Source: a virus. Taken from it: a stretch of 64,000 nt of DNA. The first letter of the stretch is position 1. Every line of letters begins with the position of its first letter. Position numbers and translations under genes: made by a program. The notes beneath the pieces were generated by a model. It saw only the letters and a list, made by a program, of their open reading frames with translations, was not told where the DNA came from and ran no database searches. Positions 52,465-62,803 of this stretch are shown here, piece after piece. Location of the stretch: the IMG/VR virus record IMGVR_UViG_3300042453_005121, positions 86,763-150,762 of that record; one strand, given 5' to 3'.

Positions 52465-54543
52465 ATGAGCGACAAGCTCCAGAAACTCTCCTCAAGGTTT
52501 GATAAAGAAAAATTCAAGAAGTTGAACGAGGAGATGTCGTTCTCCGAGTATGTTGATCTTCTGTATGAACGCCCGCGTCTCGCAAGGACGGCCTACCAGT
52601 ATCTGTACGACATGATACTGAGCAAGGGCACCAGCAAGGTTGACAGGTACAGGAAGACCTACATCAAGTACAAGTTTTTTGAGGAGTCCGACACGCCGAT
52701 ATTCGGATTGGACGAGACTCTCCATCAACTGGTTCAGTTCTTCAAGGGAGCAGCCGGAGGATACGGACCGGACCGCAGAGTTTTGCTCCTGCACGGACCT
52801 GTGGGGAGTTCCAAGTCAACGATACTGCGTTGCATCAAGAAGGGCTTGGAGAAGTACTCCCTCACCGAGGAAGGCGCTTGGTACACGTTCAAGTGGGTCA
52901 ATCTGCCAACCGGCAAGGATGACGGAATCTACACGCAGGCCGAGGACGAGTCGCCCATGCATGAGGACCCTCTTAAGTTGCTGCCGAGCGACATGAGGAA
53001 GGAGGTCATCGCGGACCTCAACAAGATTCTGGAGGAAGGCACTCCCGACAAGGAAAGGACTTCGTTGTACAGGATAACCATGGAAGGTGATCTGGATCCC
53101 CGTTCAAAGAAGTTCATGCAGGAATTGCTCCTCAGAAACGATGGTGATTGGGGCAAGGTCGTGGAAAATCACATTCGCGTTGTTCGCAAGACCCACAGTG
53201 AGTCTGACCGATGTGGCATTGCGACATTCCAGCCCAAGGATGAGAAGAACCAAGACAGCACCGAACTCACCGGCGATATCAACTGGGGAAAACTGCCCCA
53301 TTTTGGTACGGACTCCGATCCAAGGGCCTTTAACTTTGACGGCGAGTTCTGCATAGGCAACAGGGGACTGGTTGAATTCATAGAGATGCTGAAGCTCGCC
53401 AAGGAGTTCCTCTACGACCTTCTCGGTGCGTCTCAGGAGAAGCAGATCAAGCCCAAAAAGTTTCCTCAGGTCGCCGTGGATACAGTCCTCATTGGGCATA
53501 CGAATTCACCTGAATTCCTCAGGCTCAAGGGCGACCAGACCATGGAAGCTCTCAGGGACAGGACTGTGAAGATAGACGTGCCGTATCTCCTGAGGTGGAG
53601 CGAGGAACTCAAGGTCCTAGAGCATCAGTACAACAATGAAAGGATAAAGCAACATATCGCCCCGCACACCCTGGAGATCGCCGCCCTCTGGTCGGTTCTC
53701 ACGAGGCTGCAGGACGACAAGGACGGAAAAATGACCCTCGTGGAGAAGGCCAAGCTCTACGACGGCAGAAGCCTTCCCGGCTGGACGGAGGACAGCGTCA
53801 AGGAACTAAGGGACAAGTATCCCGATGAGGGGATGATAGGCATCAGCTGCCGCTACACCCAAGACAAGATAAGCAATTGTCTCAGTTCGCACTATGACTA
53901 CATAAATTTCTTCATGGTACTCAATGAACTCAAGGCCGGGATAGACCACCAGTCGCTTCTCAACAATGAGGAGGACAAGGCGAAGTACGTGGCGTGCATA
54001 GACCTTGCCAAGAAGGAGCTTGATGAAATCCTCAAGACCGAGGTTCAGAAGGCTCTTGTCGGTGACGAGCATGCCATAGAGAGGCTATGCGGCAATTACA
54101 TAGACAATGTAATGGCCTACATCAACGGGACCAAGATCAGAAACCCATTCACCGAGCAGGATCAGGAGCCCGACGAGAGACTCATGCGCTCCATAGAGGA
54201 AAAGATAGACATTCCCGAGGTCGGAGCAGACGACTTCAGGAGGATGCTCGCGGGATTCATCGGACATCTGGCTCACGGCGGCAAGCAGTTCAAGTGGGAC
54301 TCAAATCCCCAGTTGAAGAAGGCCCTTGAGGCGAAGTTGTTCGAGGACACCAAGGATCACATCAAGTTGTCGGCCCTTAATATCAAGGGAGCCACCGTCG
54401 TGGACAAGGAGGTTCAGGAGAAGATTGATGCGGTGAAGCAGAGGCTCATAAAGAATTACGGATACAACGAGCAGAGCGCCACTGACGTGCTTGATTACTG
54501 CGGTTCTATATTCGCCCGAGGGGATGTGGCTGAAGAGGACTGA
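52465..54543 (+). CDS. prkA: PrkA/YeaG-family AAA+ protein
   Basis: LHGPVGSSKS, SPMHEDPL, PKDEKNQD, DPRAFNFDG, NRGLVEFIEMLK, APHTLE. Confidence 0.93.
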   Translation: MSDKLQKLSSRFDKEKFKKLNEEMSFSEYVDLLYERPRLARTAYQYLYDMILSKGTSKVDRYRKTYIKYKFFEESDTPIFGLDETLHQLVQFFKGAAGGYGPDRRVLLLHGPVGSSKSTILRCIKKGLEKYSLTEEGAWYTFKWVNLPTGKDDGIYTQAEDESPMHEDPLKLLPSDMRKEVIADLNKILEEGTPDKERTSLYRITMEGDLDPRSKKFMQELLLRNDGDWGKVVENHIRVVRKTHSESDRCGIATFQPKDEKNQDSTELTGDINWGKLPHFGTDSDPRAFNFDGEFCIGNRGLVEFIEMLKLAKEFLYDLLGASQEKQIKPKKFPQVAVDTVLIGHTNSPEFLRLKGDQTMEALRDRTVKIDVPYLLRWSEELKVLEHQYNNERIKQHIAPHTLEIAALWSVLTRLQDDKDGKMTLVEKAKLYDGRSLPGWTEDSVKELRDKYPDEGMIGISCRYTQDKISNCLSSHYDYINFFMVLNELKAGIDHQSLLNNEEDKAKYVACIDLAKKELDEILKTEVQKALVGDEHAIERLCGNYIDNVMAYINGTKIRNPFTEQDQEPDERLMRSIEEKIDIPEVGADDFRRMLAGFIGHLAHGGKQFKWDSNPQLKKALEAKLFEDTKDHIKLSALNIKGATVVDKEVQEKIDAVKQRLIKNYGYNEQSATDVLDYCGSIFARGDVAEED

Positions 54544-54551
54544 GGTGAATC

Positions 54552-55748
54552 ATGCCAAGACGGATCGATCAAGACCACAAGGACTTCCAGGACGTCTATG
54601 GCGGCATAAGGCGCAGGGAACTCAGGAAGTACATCAAGAACGGAAGCATCTTCAGGAACAGGGGCAAGAACGGCAAGGTAGTCGTGACGATCCCCAAGAT
54701 AGACATCCCCCACATAGTCTACGGGGAGAACGACGAGGGGATCGGCAGGGGAAAGGGCGACAAGGGTGATGTAATAGGCCGAGATCCTCAAAAGGGGAAT
54801 GGAAAAGGCAATAAGGCAGGTCAGGACGAGGGCGACGGCATAGAAATCGCCGTGGACATGGAGGACGTCCTCAAGTTCATGCAGGAGGAGTTGGAACTCC
54901 CTGAGATGAAGCCGAAGCCGGGCGACACCTACGAGCAGGTCATAAAGAAATACAACAACATATCGCTCGTGGGTCCCGAGAGCCTTCGTCACAACGCGAG
55001 GACGCTCAAGCAGGCCCTCAAGAGACAGTGCGCAGACGGATCAATAAACAAACTTCATCAGATACCCGGCTTCGCGAACCCGGTCAGACTCATCACCCCC
55101 ATAAACAGCGACAAGAGGTATCGTCAGTTCAACGAGATAAAGATACCCTCGAGCAACGCCGTCATATTCTTCGCCCGAGACGGCTCCGCCAGCATGGATC
55201 AGTACAAGTGCGACGTGGTCAGTGACATGAGTTGGTGGATAGATGCATGGATCAGGAAGTTCTACGACAAGGTGGAAAGGGTCTACGTCTGGCACGACAC
55301 CGTGGCCAAGGAGGTGGACGAGAAGAAGTTTTACAAGTACAGGTATGGGGGCGGCACAACCTGTTCCACGGCCCTCAAACTCATATCAAAGATGTTTGAG
55401 AACAGGTATGATCCTGTCAAATGGAACATATATCTCTTCTACTTCACCGACGGCGAGAACTGGGACGATGACAATTCTGTCTTCGCCAGAACCCTCAAGG
55501 AGGAATTCTCCGCCAAGACAGTAAACATGGTTGGGATAACGCAAATACTCTCGTGGAATTATGAAAACAGCCTGAAGCAGTACGTTGACCAGAACTGCAA
55601 GGCCCCAAACATACGGACCGCCCAGGTCGGAACCATGCCAAATCCTATGACGGATGAGGAGAGGGACAAGCAAATCAAGAACGCGATCATGGACTTGCTC
55701 GGCAAGGGAAGATCAAGGGAAAACAACTACTGGCAGGTGATGGGATGA
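54552..55748 (+). CDS. yeaH: YeaH/YhbH (DUF444) vWA-domain protein
   Basis: MIDAS DGSASM, GGTTCS, WNIY.F..TDGEN. Confidence 0.88.
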   Translation: MPRRIDQDHKDFQDVYGGIRRRELRKYIKNGSIFRNRGKNGKVVVTIPKIDIPHIVYGENDEGIGRGKGDKGDVIGRDPQKGNGKGNKAGQDEGDGIEIAVDMEDVLKFMQEELELPEMKPKPGDTYEQVIKKYNNISLVGPESLRHNARTLKQALKRQCADGSINKLHQIPGFANPVRLITPINSDKRYRQFNEIKIPSSNAVIFFARDGSASMDQYKCDVVSDMSWWIDAWIRKFYDKVERVYVWHDTVAKEVDEKKFYKYRYGGGTTCSTALKLISKMFENRYDPVKWNIYLFYFTDGENWDDDNSVFARTLKEEFSAKTVNMVGITQILSWNYENSLKQYVDQNCKAPNIRTAQVGTMPNPMTDEERDKQIKNAIMDLLGKGRSRENNYWQVMG

Positions 55749-58570
55749 ACCAGAACAAATTCATGCTCGGATCGCCCGTACTCATGGGCAACAATACTAT
55801 CCCCGGCGTTCCGATGCCAGAGGAGTTGAAGAGGCTTCTGCCCGAGATATTCAGGAGGGTGAGCGAATTCGGCTGCGACTTTCCACCCACCGTAGTTGAG
55901 ATGCTCACCTACGACGAGATCAGCGAAATCGCTGCGTATGGAGGATTCCCGGTTAGGTATCCGCACTGGAAATGGGGGATGGAGTACGAAGAACTTCAGC
56001 GCGGATATATGCACGGCATGCATAGGATATACGAGATGGTGGTCAACACAGACCCCTGTTACCTCTATTGCCTAGATTCAAACACGCTCCTTGACAACGT
56101 GACGGTGGTGGCCCACGCCCTAGGCCACGCCGATTTCTTCAAGAACAATATTTACTTCGCTAAGACGAGCCAGAACATGATGAACGAACTGGCCAACCAC
56201 GGCACGAGGATAAGGAAGTACATGAGCCGTTGGGGCAAGGAAAGGGTCACGGAGTTCATAGACTATGTGCTCCGCATAGAGACCCTGATAGATCCCTCCA
56301 AGGCTTGGCAACCCAAGCGGTACAAGGACAACATTCACCGGGACAGTAGGAAGTACCGCCATCCCAACCGTCTCAAGGTTGAGGATGGCCACGATTACAT
56401 GGAGGAGTACGTCAACACTGACGAGTGGATCAAGAAGCAGCACGAGCAGATAGAAAAGATAGAGGCGGCCGAGTACCTTGATATGTTCGTTGGTTCCACC
56501 AAGGACATAATGGGCTTCATAAGGGACAACGCTCCGCTCAAGCCATGGGAGAGCGACATCGTCTCCATGCTCTACGAGGAAAGCATGTATTTCGCGCCGC
56601 AGAGGATGACTAAGACAATTAATGAGGGCCATGCATGTGTAGGTCCCGAAACGCTTATAGCCACTGATGGCGGGCTTTTGACGGCACGAGAGTTGGTGGA
56701 GAATAAAATATCGTGCAATGTATCAGACGGCGAAACCAATAGAAAAGTCAGCAACTGGTTTATTTTTAAGGACAGGGATACCGTAGAAATAGAAACCAAA
56801 AGAGGCTACAGGATATTGGGTTCCGACAACCATAGAATTATGGATTCCAATGGCCAGTGGGTTTATCTTAAAGACATCAGAAAAAAACACGAAGTAAAGA
56901 TCGGCGTTTCTGATGTGTGGCCCCCAAAGATGGTCAGAATAAACTACAAAGAAGAAGAAAGGCTTACTACCTCCAAGATAAAGAAAATTCTTGGTTCAAG
57001 ATATTGGAAGTACAACTACTACCGAATGGGAATGCAGACCGACGAGCAGGCGGGATCAAAAGTTGTTGAGTTGAGCAAGTTGTTTGATGAGCAGTTCTCA
57101 AGAATGGGACAAACCCAACTGATTAGAAGAAAAAAAATTTCAATACCTTCATCGGTCACAGAAAGCCTCGCAAGTTTTCTTGGTTACATGATAGGAGACG
57201 GACACATTTCAGAATTGGGCAGGTCTCTAGGACTCACATCGGGAGACCTTGATCAAATTCAGGAATATGAACGCCTATTGAATTCTCTATTTGGATTGAC
57301 TAGCAAGAGAAAATGGGACGGCAGTTCAAAAAATGGAAGGTGGAGAATTTCGTGCTCTTCAAAAAGTCTTCAGGAATTCTTGAAAAGCCTTGGTTTTTTG
57401 ACCGGAAGGTGCGCAAGACAGAAGACAATACCCGAGTGCATTTTAAGGTCTCCAAAAAATGTGATGTCGGCATTCTTGCGTTCTTATTTTGACTGTGATG
57501 GCTATGCCGGCAAGGCAGGCGTCATATTGTCAACCTCTAGCGAAAAGATGGGAGAACAAGTTCAGACTATTCTTTTAAATTACGGCATATTGTGTAGCAG
57601 AAAGAGAGCGAAGTCTTGCGACAAGACCAAGATTCATATATGGCATGTTAGAATGGGCAGTTCGCAAGCCAAAAAATTCATGGAGCAAATTGGTTTCGGA
57701 TTGAAGAGAAAGCAAGACTCACTTTCAAAATATGTCAACGAAAGAAGATGGTTCGTAAAGGAAAAATGGTCCGACGAGGTTGTCTCAATCCGAAAAGGCA
57801 AGGAGACCGTATATGACATGACCGTGGACGAAACTCATCGCTATTCTGCCCACGGATTTATCAACCACAACAGCTGGGTTGACTACCACATAATAGCAAA
57901 ACAGGGGCTGAGCGGACTCGGACAGGAGCATGACAGTGCGGGCATCATAGAGTACGCCAAGCACAAGATGGGTGTTCTCGGGGGCAAGTACAGCATGAAC
58001 CCATACAAGCTCGGATTTAATCTTCTTTGCGACATAGAGGAACGTTGGGACAAGGGCAGGTTCGGTCGCGAGTGGGAGGAGTGCTCGGATGCGAGCAAGA
58101 AGCAGGATTGGGATTTGAAGCTCGGGCTCGGCAGAGAAAAGGTCTTCGAGGTCAGGAAACTATACAACGACCTAACGCTGATTATGGAATTTTTTACCCC
58201 CGAGTTCTGCGAGAAGTACGAGTTCTTCGAGTGGAAGAAGTATCCAAATGGGGAATATAAGATAGAGAGCAAGGACCCGCACAAGATCAAGGCCAAGCTT
58301 GTCTCTAGGCACATGAACGGTGGTCTTCCCGAGATCAGGCTCATGGATCCGAATCACAGGGGCAAGGGCATAATGCTGCTCCAGCACAAGTGGACCGGAC
58401 GCCCACTTCACGAGTCCTATGTGGGTCCAGTCCTTGAATCGTTGCGTCGTTTGTGGAAGAACGACGTTCATCTCGTCACTGGGGACAGGTCGGGTCGTGA
58501 GACGGTCTACAGGTGCCGTGGGGATTCCTGCGAGGTGGATATGGTCCCGAGGGAGGAATACGGCTCCTGA
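55745..58570 (+). CDS. spoVR: SpoVR/YcgB-family protein containing an intein
   Basis: GFPVRYPHW, IYEMVVN, HALGHADFFKNN, YFAPQ..TK.INEG, NPYKLG. Confidence 0.92.
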   Translation: MNQNKFMLGSPVLMGNNTIPGVPMPEELKRLLPEIFRRVSEFGCDFPPTVVEMLTYDEISEIAAYGGFPVRYPHWKWGMEYEELQRGYMHGMHRIYEMVVNTDPCYLYCLDSNTLLDNVTVVAHALGHADFFKNNIYFAKTSQNMMNELANHGTRIRKYMSRWGKERVTEFIDYVLRIETLIDPSKAWQPKRYKDNIHRDSRKYRHPNRLKVEDGHDYMEEYVNTDEWIKKQHEQIEKIEAAEYLDMFVGSTKDIMGFIRDNAPLKPWESDIVSMLYEESMYFAPQRMTKTINEGHACVGPETLIATDGGLLTARELVENKISCNVSDGETNRKVSNWFIFKDRDTVEIETKRGYRILGSDNHRIMDSNGQWVYLKDIRKKHEVKIGVSDVWPPKMVRINYKEEERLTTSKIKKILGSRYWKYNYYRMGMQTDEQAGSKVVELSKLFDEQFSRMGQTQLIRRKKISIPSSVTESLASFLGYMIGDGHISELGRSLGLTSGDLDQIQEYERLLNSLFGLTSKRKWDGSSKNGRWRISCSSKSLQEFLKSLGFLTGRCARQKTIPECILRSPKNVMSAFLRSYFDCDGYAGKAGVILSTSSEKMGEQVQTILLNYGILCSRKRAKSCDKTKIHIWHVRMGSSQAKKFMEQIGFGLKRKQDSLSKYVNERRWFVKEKWSDEVVSIRKGKETVYDMTVDETHRYSAHGFINHNSWVDYHIIAKQGLSGLGQEHDSAGIIEYAKHKMGVLGGKYSMNPYKLGFNLLCDIEERWDKGRFGREWEECSDASKKQDWDLKLGLGREKVFEVRKLYNDLTLIMEFFTPEFCEKYEFFEWKKYPNGEYKIESKDPHKIKAKLVSRHMNGGLPEIRLMDPNHRGKGIMLLQHKWTGRPLHESYVGPVLESLRRLWKNDVHLVTGDRSGRETVYRCRGDSCEVDMVPREEYGS
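56636..57871 (+). mobile_element. Intein (412 aa) with LAGLIDADG homing endonuclease
   Basis: A|CVGPET...FINHN|S. LAGLIDADG motifs LGYMIGDG and LRSYFDCDG. The insert is more AT-rich than its flanks. Confidence 0.92.
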
Positions 58571-58577
58571 AATTGCG

Positions 58578-58602
58578 AAAAACCCTTATTTTAAGGGCTT
58601 TT
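58578..58602. terminator. Possible bidirectional terminator after spoVR
   Basis: AAAAA-CCCTTA-TTT-TAAGGG-CTTTTT. Confidence 0.45.
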
Positions 58603-58673
58603 TGGGTTGGTTTTTTGCCTGTCGGCGGGGCTAAATATGGTGTCATTTCCACTAGACTAATACGTGGTGCACC

Positions 58674-59360
58674 ATGAATTCAATCACGAAGAGAAGTGTA
58701 TCAGTAGAACAGCTGATAAGCGAGATACACAACCACCACATCAACAATCTTAATCGTGAGATATACCTCCACGGGTACGTGGACGCCGAGGAGGAACCGG
58801 GCGTGGAGTACAGGATGGCCACGTCCTTCGTGAAGAACCTGCACATATTGGAGTGCCAGAACAGTCAGAACATACTTGTTCACATGCATACGATCGGCGG
58901 AAACTGGAGCGACGGCATGGCCATATTCAACGCCATAAGGTTGTCTAAGGCTCCTATGACGATACTCGGATACGCCCAGGCGAGCAGCATGAGTGGCATA
59001 GTGTTTCAGGCAGCCGACAAGAGGGTTCTGATGCCGGACTGCGAGATGATGATTCACCACGGTTCCATATCTCTTGAGGACAACACCATGGCCGCCAAGA
59101 GTGCGATAGACCAGAACGAGAGGAACTGCAAGAGGATGCTTGAGGTTTTCGCTGAGCGGGCCGTCCATGGCAAGTATTTCAAGGACAGGAAGTTCAGTTT
59201 GAGGAAGGTCAACAACTTTATAGACCAGAAGATAAAGCAGGTCGGCGACTGGTATCTCATGCCGGACGAGGCTGTGTACTATGGCTTGGCAGACGGGATT
59301 CTCGGCGAGAAGGGTTTTGAGAACATGTCAAAAATCAGGGGTGGAAGGAAGAGTAAATGA
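58674..59360 (+). CDS. clpP: ClpP-like protease subunit
   Basis: TIGG, ASSMS (catalytic Ser), MMIHHG (His), DWYL..EA..YGLAD (Asp). Confidence 0.82.
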   Translation: MNSITKRSVSVEQLISEIHNHHINNLNREIYLHGYVDAEEEPGVEYRMATSFVKNLHILECQNSQNILVHMHTIGGNWSDGMAIFNAIRLSKAPMTILGYAQASSMSGIVFQAADKRVLMPDCEMMIHHGSISLEDNTMAAKSAIDQNERNCKRMLEVFAERAVHGKYFKDRKFSLRKVNNFIDQKIKQVGDWYLMPDEAVYYGLADGILGEKGFENMSKIRGGRKSK

Positions 59361-59430
59361 TGTTGAATGTTCTCTTTTAATTTATTCGGTTTTTTGTTAA
59401 ATTGAATCAAACAAACAGAAAGGTGTAGAA

Positions 59431-59646
59431 ATGAACGAGCATGAGTTGTTGCTTTCCGAGGAATTCGCCGCATTTTCCCAAGCGGTCGCCGCCGTCCACG
59501 AGGAGAAGAAGGTCTTGGAGGAGGATTTCAAGAAGCACTTTGAGGAATACAAATCTAGGAAGAAGGAACTTGAGTCCAAGGTGGCTCAGGCTAGTTCCAA
59601 GTGGGAAGAATGGAAATCGTCCCAAATCTCTAAGAAAGACAAGTGA
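59431..59646 (+). CDS. Hypothetical coiled-coil protein
   Basis: 71 aa. Confidence 0.6.
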   Translation: MNEHELLLSEEFAAFSQAVAAVHEEKKVLEEDFKKHFEEYKSRKKELESKVAQASSKWEEWKSSQISKKDK

Positions 59647-59652
59647 CGACCG

Positions 59653-61221
59653 ATGAGGGCGATTGATCTTTATTCCGGCGTTGGAGGATGGTCTCTCGGT
59701 CTTTCCATGGCCGGAGTCTCTGTGGAATCATCCTATGAATGGTGGGGTAAGGCCAATCTCACAAATGAGAGGAACAACGGCCACAAGATCGTGATGGCCG
59801 ACGTGAGGGGACTTCCTTTGTCTGGATTTCCTCAGGCGGACATTGTCGTCGGCAGCCCGCCCTGCACTCAGTTTTCTCTCGCCAACAGGGGAGGCAAGGG
59901 AAACATACTAGAAGGCCTCAAGGACGTGGAGAAGTTTCTGGAGGTCGTGGAAGCCGTCGGGCCTAGGTTTTGGGCCATGGAGAACATTCCCCGCCTCGCC
60001 GCCATCATGAGAAGCGAACTCAATCAGGGCGGCGTCCTGCACAGGTTCTGCGGTTTGAATCCGACCATACTTGTCTTGGATGCCAGTGAGTGGGGCGTAC
60101 CCCAACGAAGGCAGCGGTGCATAATAGGGAATTTTAATTCCGATCTGCTCCTAGCCTACAGGGATAAATCAATTTCTAGGACCTTAGGATGCGTTCTAAG
60201 GGCCCTTTCTTCGCCGTTGGCCCACGACCCCGTTTACGGCACAGAAATCCCTCAGGAAGCCCTTGTTGACCACGAGAAAGAGTTGTCTCTCTCTTGGGAG
60301 GAGGAAAGGATCAACAGGGAGACCAAGACCCACCATCCCGTCTACAACAATATGTCTTTTCCCGACCGTCTGGACAGGCCTTCTAGGACCGTCACGGCCA
60401 CCTGCACGAGGGTGTCAAGGGAGAGCATAGTCGTTCCTGAGGGGGACGGCTTCAGGCGTCTTAGCCTACGCGAACGTGCGTGCCTTCAGTCTTTTCCTGT
60501 GGCCTATCAGTTCTACGGCGACACTCACCCGCAGAAGCAGAAGATGATAGGCAACGCCATTCCGCCGCTTCTTTCCTATCACATAGCCCACGCCATGCTC
60601 GGGACCCTGACGGACGATCTTCCTTCTCCGTCCGAGTCAATCAAAAATTTTGTTCCGCCTTCCGCTCCCAAGGCCACCCGTCCCGACAAGCCCGGCTATT
60701 CATTCGCCATCGATAGAAAATTCAGGGCGGCTATACCGGGGTTGAGGTTCAAGAGCGGTGTCCGTTTTGAACTTTCCAATTCTTTTCCCGGTCCCGAATG
60801 GTCCATCAAATTCTTTTATGGAAATTCCAAGAATATAAAAGAAATCATTCTGGGCTCTGGTCTATTGGGGGAGATCAAGAGCGTGGAAGGAACGGGAGTG
60901 TGTGTTTCCAAGGCCACCAACGCCCTTTTTGAAATTGGTGGAATTATGGATTCTTTGGACCCGGTTGGACTCCAAGGAGCATGGAGCCACACCCGTGAAT
61001 ACAAGCATCCTTATGAATTGGTGGACTCCTTGGGTCGTGCGGTGGAACTTTTCATGAGCGAGGACGAGGGAATCGCCGAATCGGTCGTTTCCGGAATCAT
61101 GGCATCAAGGAACAATCCTCAGGGATGCAAGAAGGTAATAAGGCACGCCAAGGCCGTTTTCTCTGGGCTTTTGATTGGTTCAATTTTCAACGATACTATA
61201 AGTCAATTACCCACCCCCTAA
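59653..61221 (+). CDS. C5-cytosine DNA methyltransferase with C-terminal extension
   Basis: DLYSGVGG, GSPPC, MENI, QRRQR, ERACLQSFP, IGNA. Confidence 0.9.
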   Translation: MRAIDLYSGVGGWSLGLSMAGVSVESSYEWWGKANLTNERNNGHKIVMADVRGLPLSGFPQADIVVGSPPCTQFSLANRGGKGNILEGLKDVEKFLEVVEAVGPRFWAMENIPRLAAIMRSELNQGGVLHRFCGLNPTILVLDASEWGVPQRRQRCIIGNFNSDLLLAYRDKSISRTLGCVLRALSSPLAHDPVYGTEIPQEALVDHEKELSLSWEEERINRETKTHHPVYNNMSFPDRLDRPSRTVTATCTRVSRESIVVPEGDGFRRLSLRERACLQSFPVAYQFYGDTHPQKQKMIGNAIPPLLSYHIAHAMLGTLTDDLPSPSESIKNFVPPSAPKATRPDKPGYSFAIDRKFRAAIPGLRFKSGVRFELSNSFPGPEWSIKFFYGNSKNIKEIILGSGLLGEIKSVEGTGVCVSKATNALFEIGGIMDSLDPVGLQGAWSHTREYKHPYELVDSLGRAVELFMSEDEGIAESVVSGIMASRNNPQGCKKVIRHAKAVFSGLLIGSIFNDTISQLPTP

Positions 61222-61249
61222 AGGGACTGGGTTTCCTTGCCGGATTCAG

Positions 61250-62803
61250 ATGAAGACAATAAGCGGAAATCACACATCAATTCTTCAACTTGACGACTTT
61301 TCTTCCGTCGTCGCGTTCATGCTTCTGGAGCATTTGGATGAGGAGGCGAGGTCCGGCGAGTTGTTCGTCGTCGGACGCCACTCGAGGCGTAATCCCGAAT
61401 CAATAAGACAGTTGTTTCCGGACAAGAAGATCATTGCCTACCAATCAAAACAGATGATGGGGCTGGGCGACTGGAGAAATGTGAAGTTGACCATTGAAAA
61501 TCTTCGTGGTTACGACGAAGTTTGGGACTGCGATCCGATCAATGCTCATTTCCTAGCCCAACGGGGCATTGTGGTTCACAATGTATTTCCTTTTGTTCAC
61601 GCGTCTTGTCTTGAGAAGATAGAATCAAAAGATCATCCGAGCATAGATGTCCTTTTCTATGGAGAAATGACCGACAGAAGAAGCGAGGCTATAGCAAGAC
61701 TCCAGAAAAATTGCCCTAATCTTCGTATGGTTTGGGTCCGGGGCGATCCGGACTTGGACAGGTACATATCGGATTCCAAGGTCGTTCTGAACATACACGC
61801 TTTTGAGCCTTGGAACAGGCAGGAGCAGGCGAGAATTTTTTATCCTTTGATAAACGGGAAGACCGTCGTTTCGGAACCCAGTCAACACGAGCACTTTTCC
61901 GATCTGATCATCCGGTCTGATTTGGAGAGCATGCCTTCGGTCTTGAATTCCGTGTGTTCTTCTGACCTTTGGAGATCGTTCGGAAAATTGGCTTCGGTCA
62001 ATTTCAAGAAAAAGAACGTGCGGGAGGCTCCGGCCGCGTCTCCTTTGAAGACTCCATGCAGTCCCGATTTGGGAGACAGAAATGTATTTATTTATTGGGT
62101 TGGATATGAATATAAACTCATATCAATCTTGAGGAATCTAATTTATCTTCATTCAAATAACGGCGTAGGTTATAAAGTACACTTTATAAACGACAAAAAT
62201 GTATCAAACTACACATCAACACCGCACTATTTTCACAAATTGAATCCGGCTCATCAGGCTGATTTTGTAAGGGTAAATGTGATTTGCGATTATGGTGGAA
62301 TATGGCTTGATAGCGACGCCGTGGTGATGTCTTCTATTGATCCCCTATTTGATATGATTGATGAAAAAAATGGATTTTTTGTCGTTGAAAATAATTTGAA
62401 CTTATGTAACGGCATATTCGGCAGTAAGAAAAATACCGAATGCATGAAGAGATGGCGATCGGAAATGATAAAAATTACAGATCGCAAGATGCAAAATCTC
62501 AATTGGACAGAAATAGACAACCAATTATTGGATAGGATGTATTATACCGAACCCAAGTTGTATGACGACTACAATATAATGAAAGGATTGGACTCAATAT
62601 ATCCAGTTAATTGGGACAAGTGTGTTGATGAATTCATAAGATCACCATATTCAAATTACACAAAAATATTACGCGACTTCCAGCCTGTCATAATGCTGGT
62701 AAATAGTGTTTACAAGGAATTAGAGTCATTTGAAATCAATGATATATATGAAAAAACTCCTTTGGGTTACTTTTTGAAAAAGTCATACAAGAGCATTACA
62801 TGA
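61250..62803 (+). CDS. Two-domain glycosyltransferase (GT-B-like plus GT32/capsule-synthesis DxD domain)
   Basis: DVLFYG...SKVVLNIH...VVSE, then ADFVR...YGGIWLDSD. Confidence 0.75.
   Translation: MKTISGNHTSILQLDDFSSVVAFMLLEHLDEEARSGELFVVGRHSRRNPESIRQLFPDKKIIAYQSKQMMGLGDWRNVKLTIENLRGYDEVWDCDPINAHFLAQRGIVVHNVFPFVHASCLEKIESKDHPSIDVLFYGEMTDRRSEAIARLQKNCPNLRMVWVRGDPDLDRYISDSKVVLNIHAFEPWNRQEQARIFYPLINGKTVVSEPSQHEHFSDLIIRSDLESMPSVLNSVCSSDLWRSFGKLASVNFKKKNVREAPAASPLKTPCSPDLGDRNVFIYWVGYEYKLISILRNLIYLHSNNGVGYKVHFINDKNVSNYTSTPHYFHKLNPAHQADFVRVNVICDYGGIWLDSDAVVMSSIDPLFDMIDEKNGFFVVENNLNLCNGIFGSKKNTECMKRWRSEMIKITDRKMQNLNWTEIDNQLLDRMYYTEPKLYDDYNIMKGLDSIYPVNWDKCVDEFIRSPYSNYTKILRDFQPVIMLVNSVYKELESFEINDIYEKTPLGYFLKKSYKSIT

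Noticed and set aside
52492-59260. Many 60-170 aa antisense and out-of-frame ORFs within large genes
   Set aside because: They lie inside well-supported genes, lack motifs, and are expected from GC3-biased codon usage.
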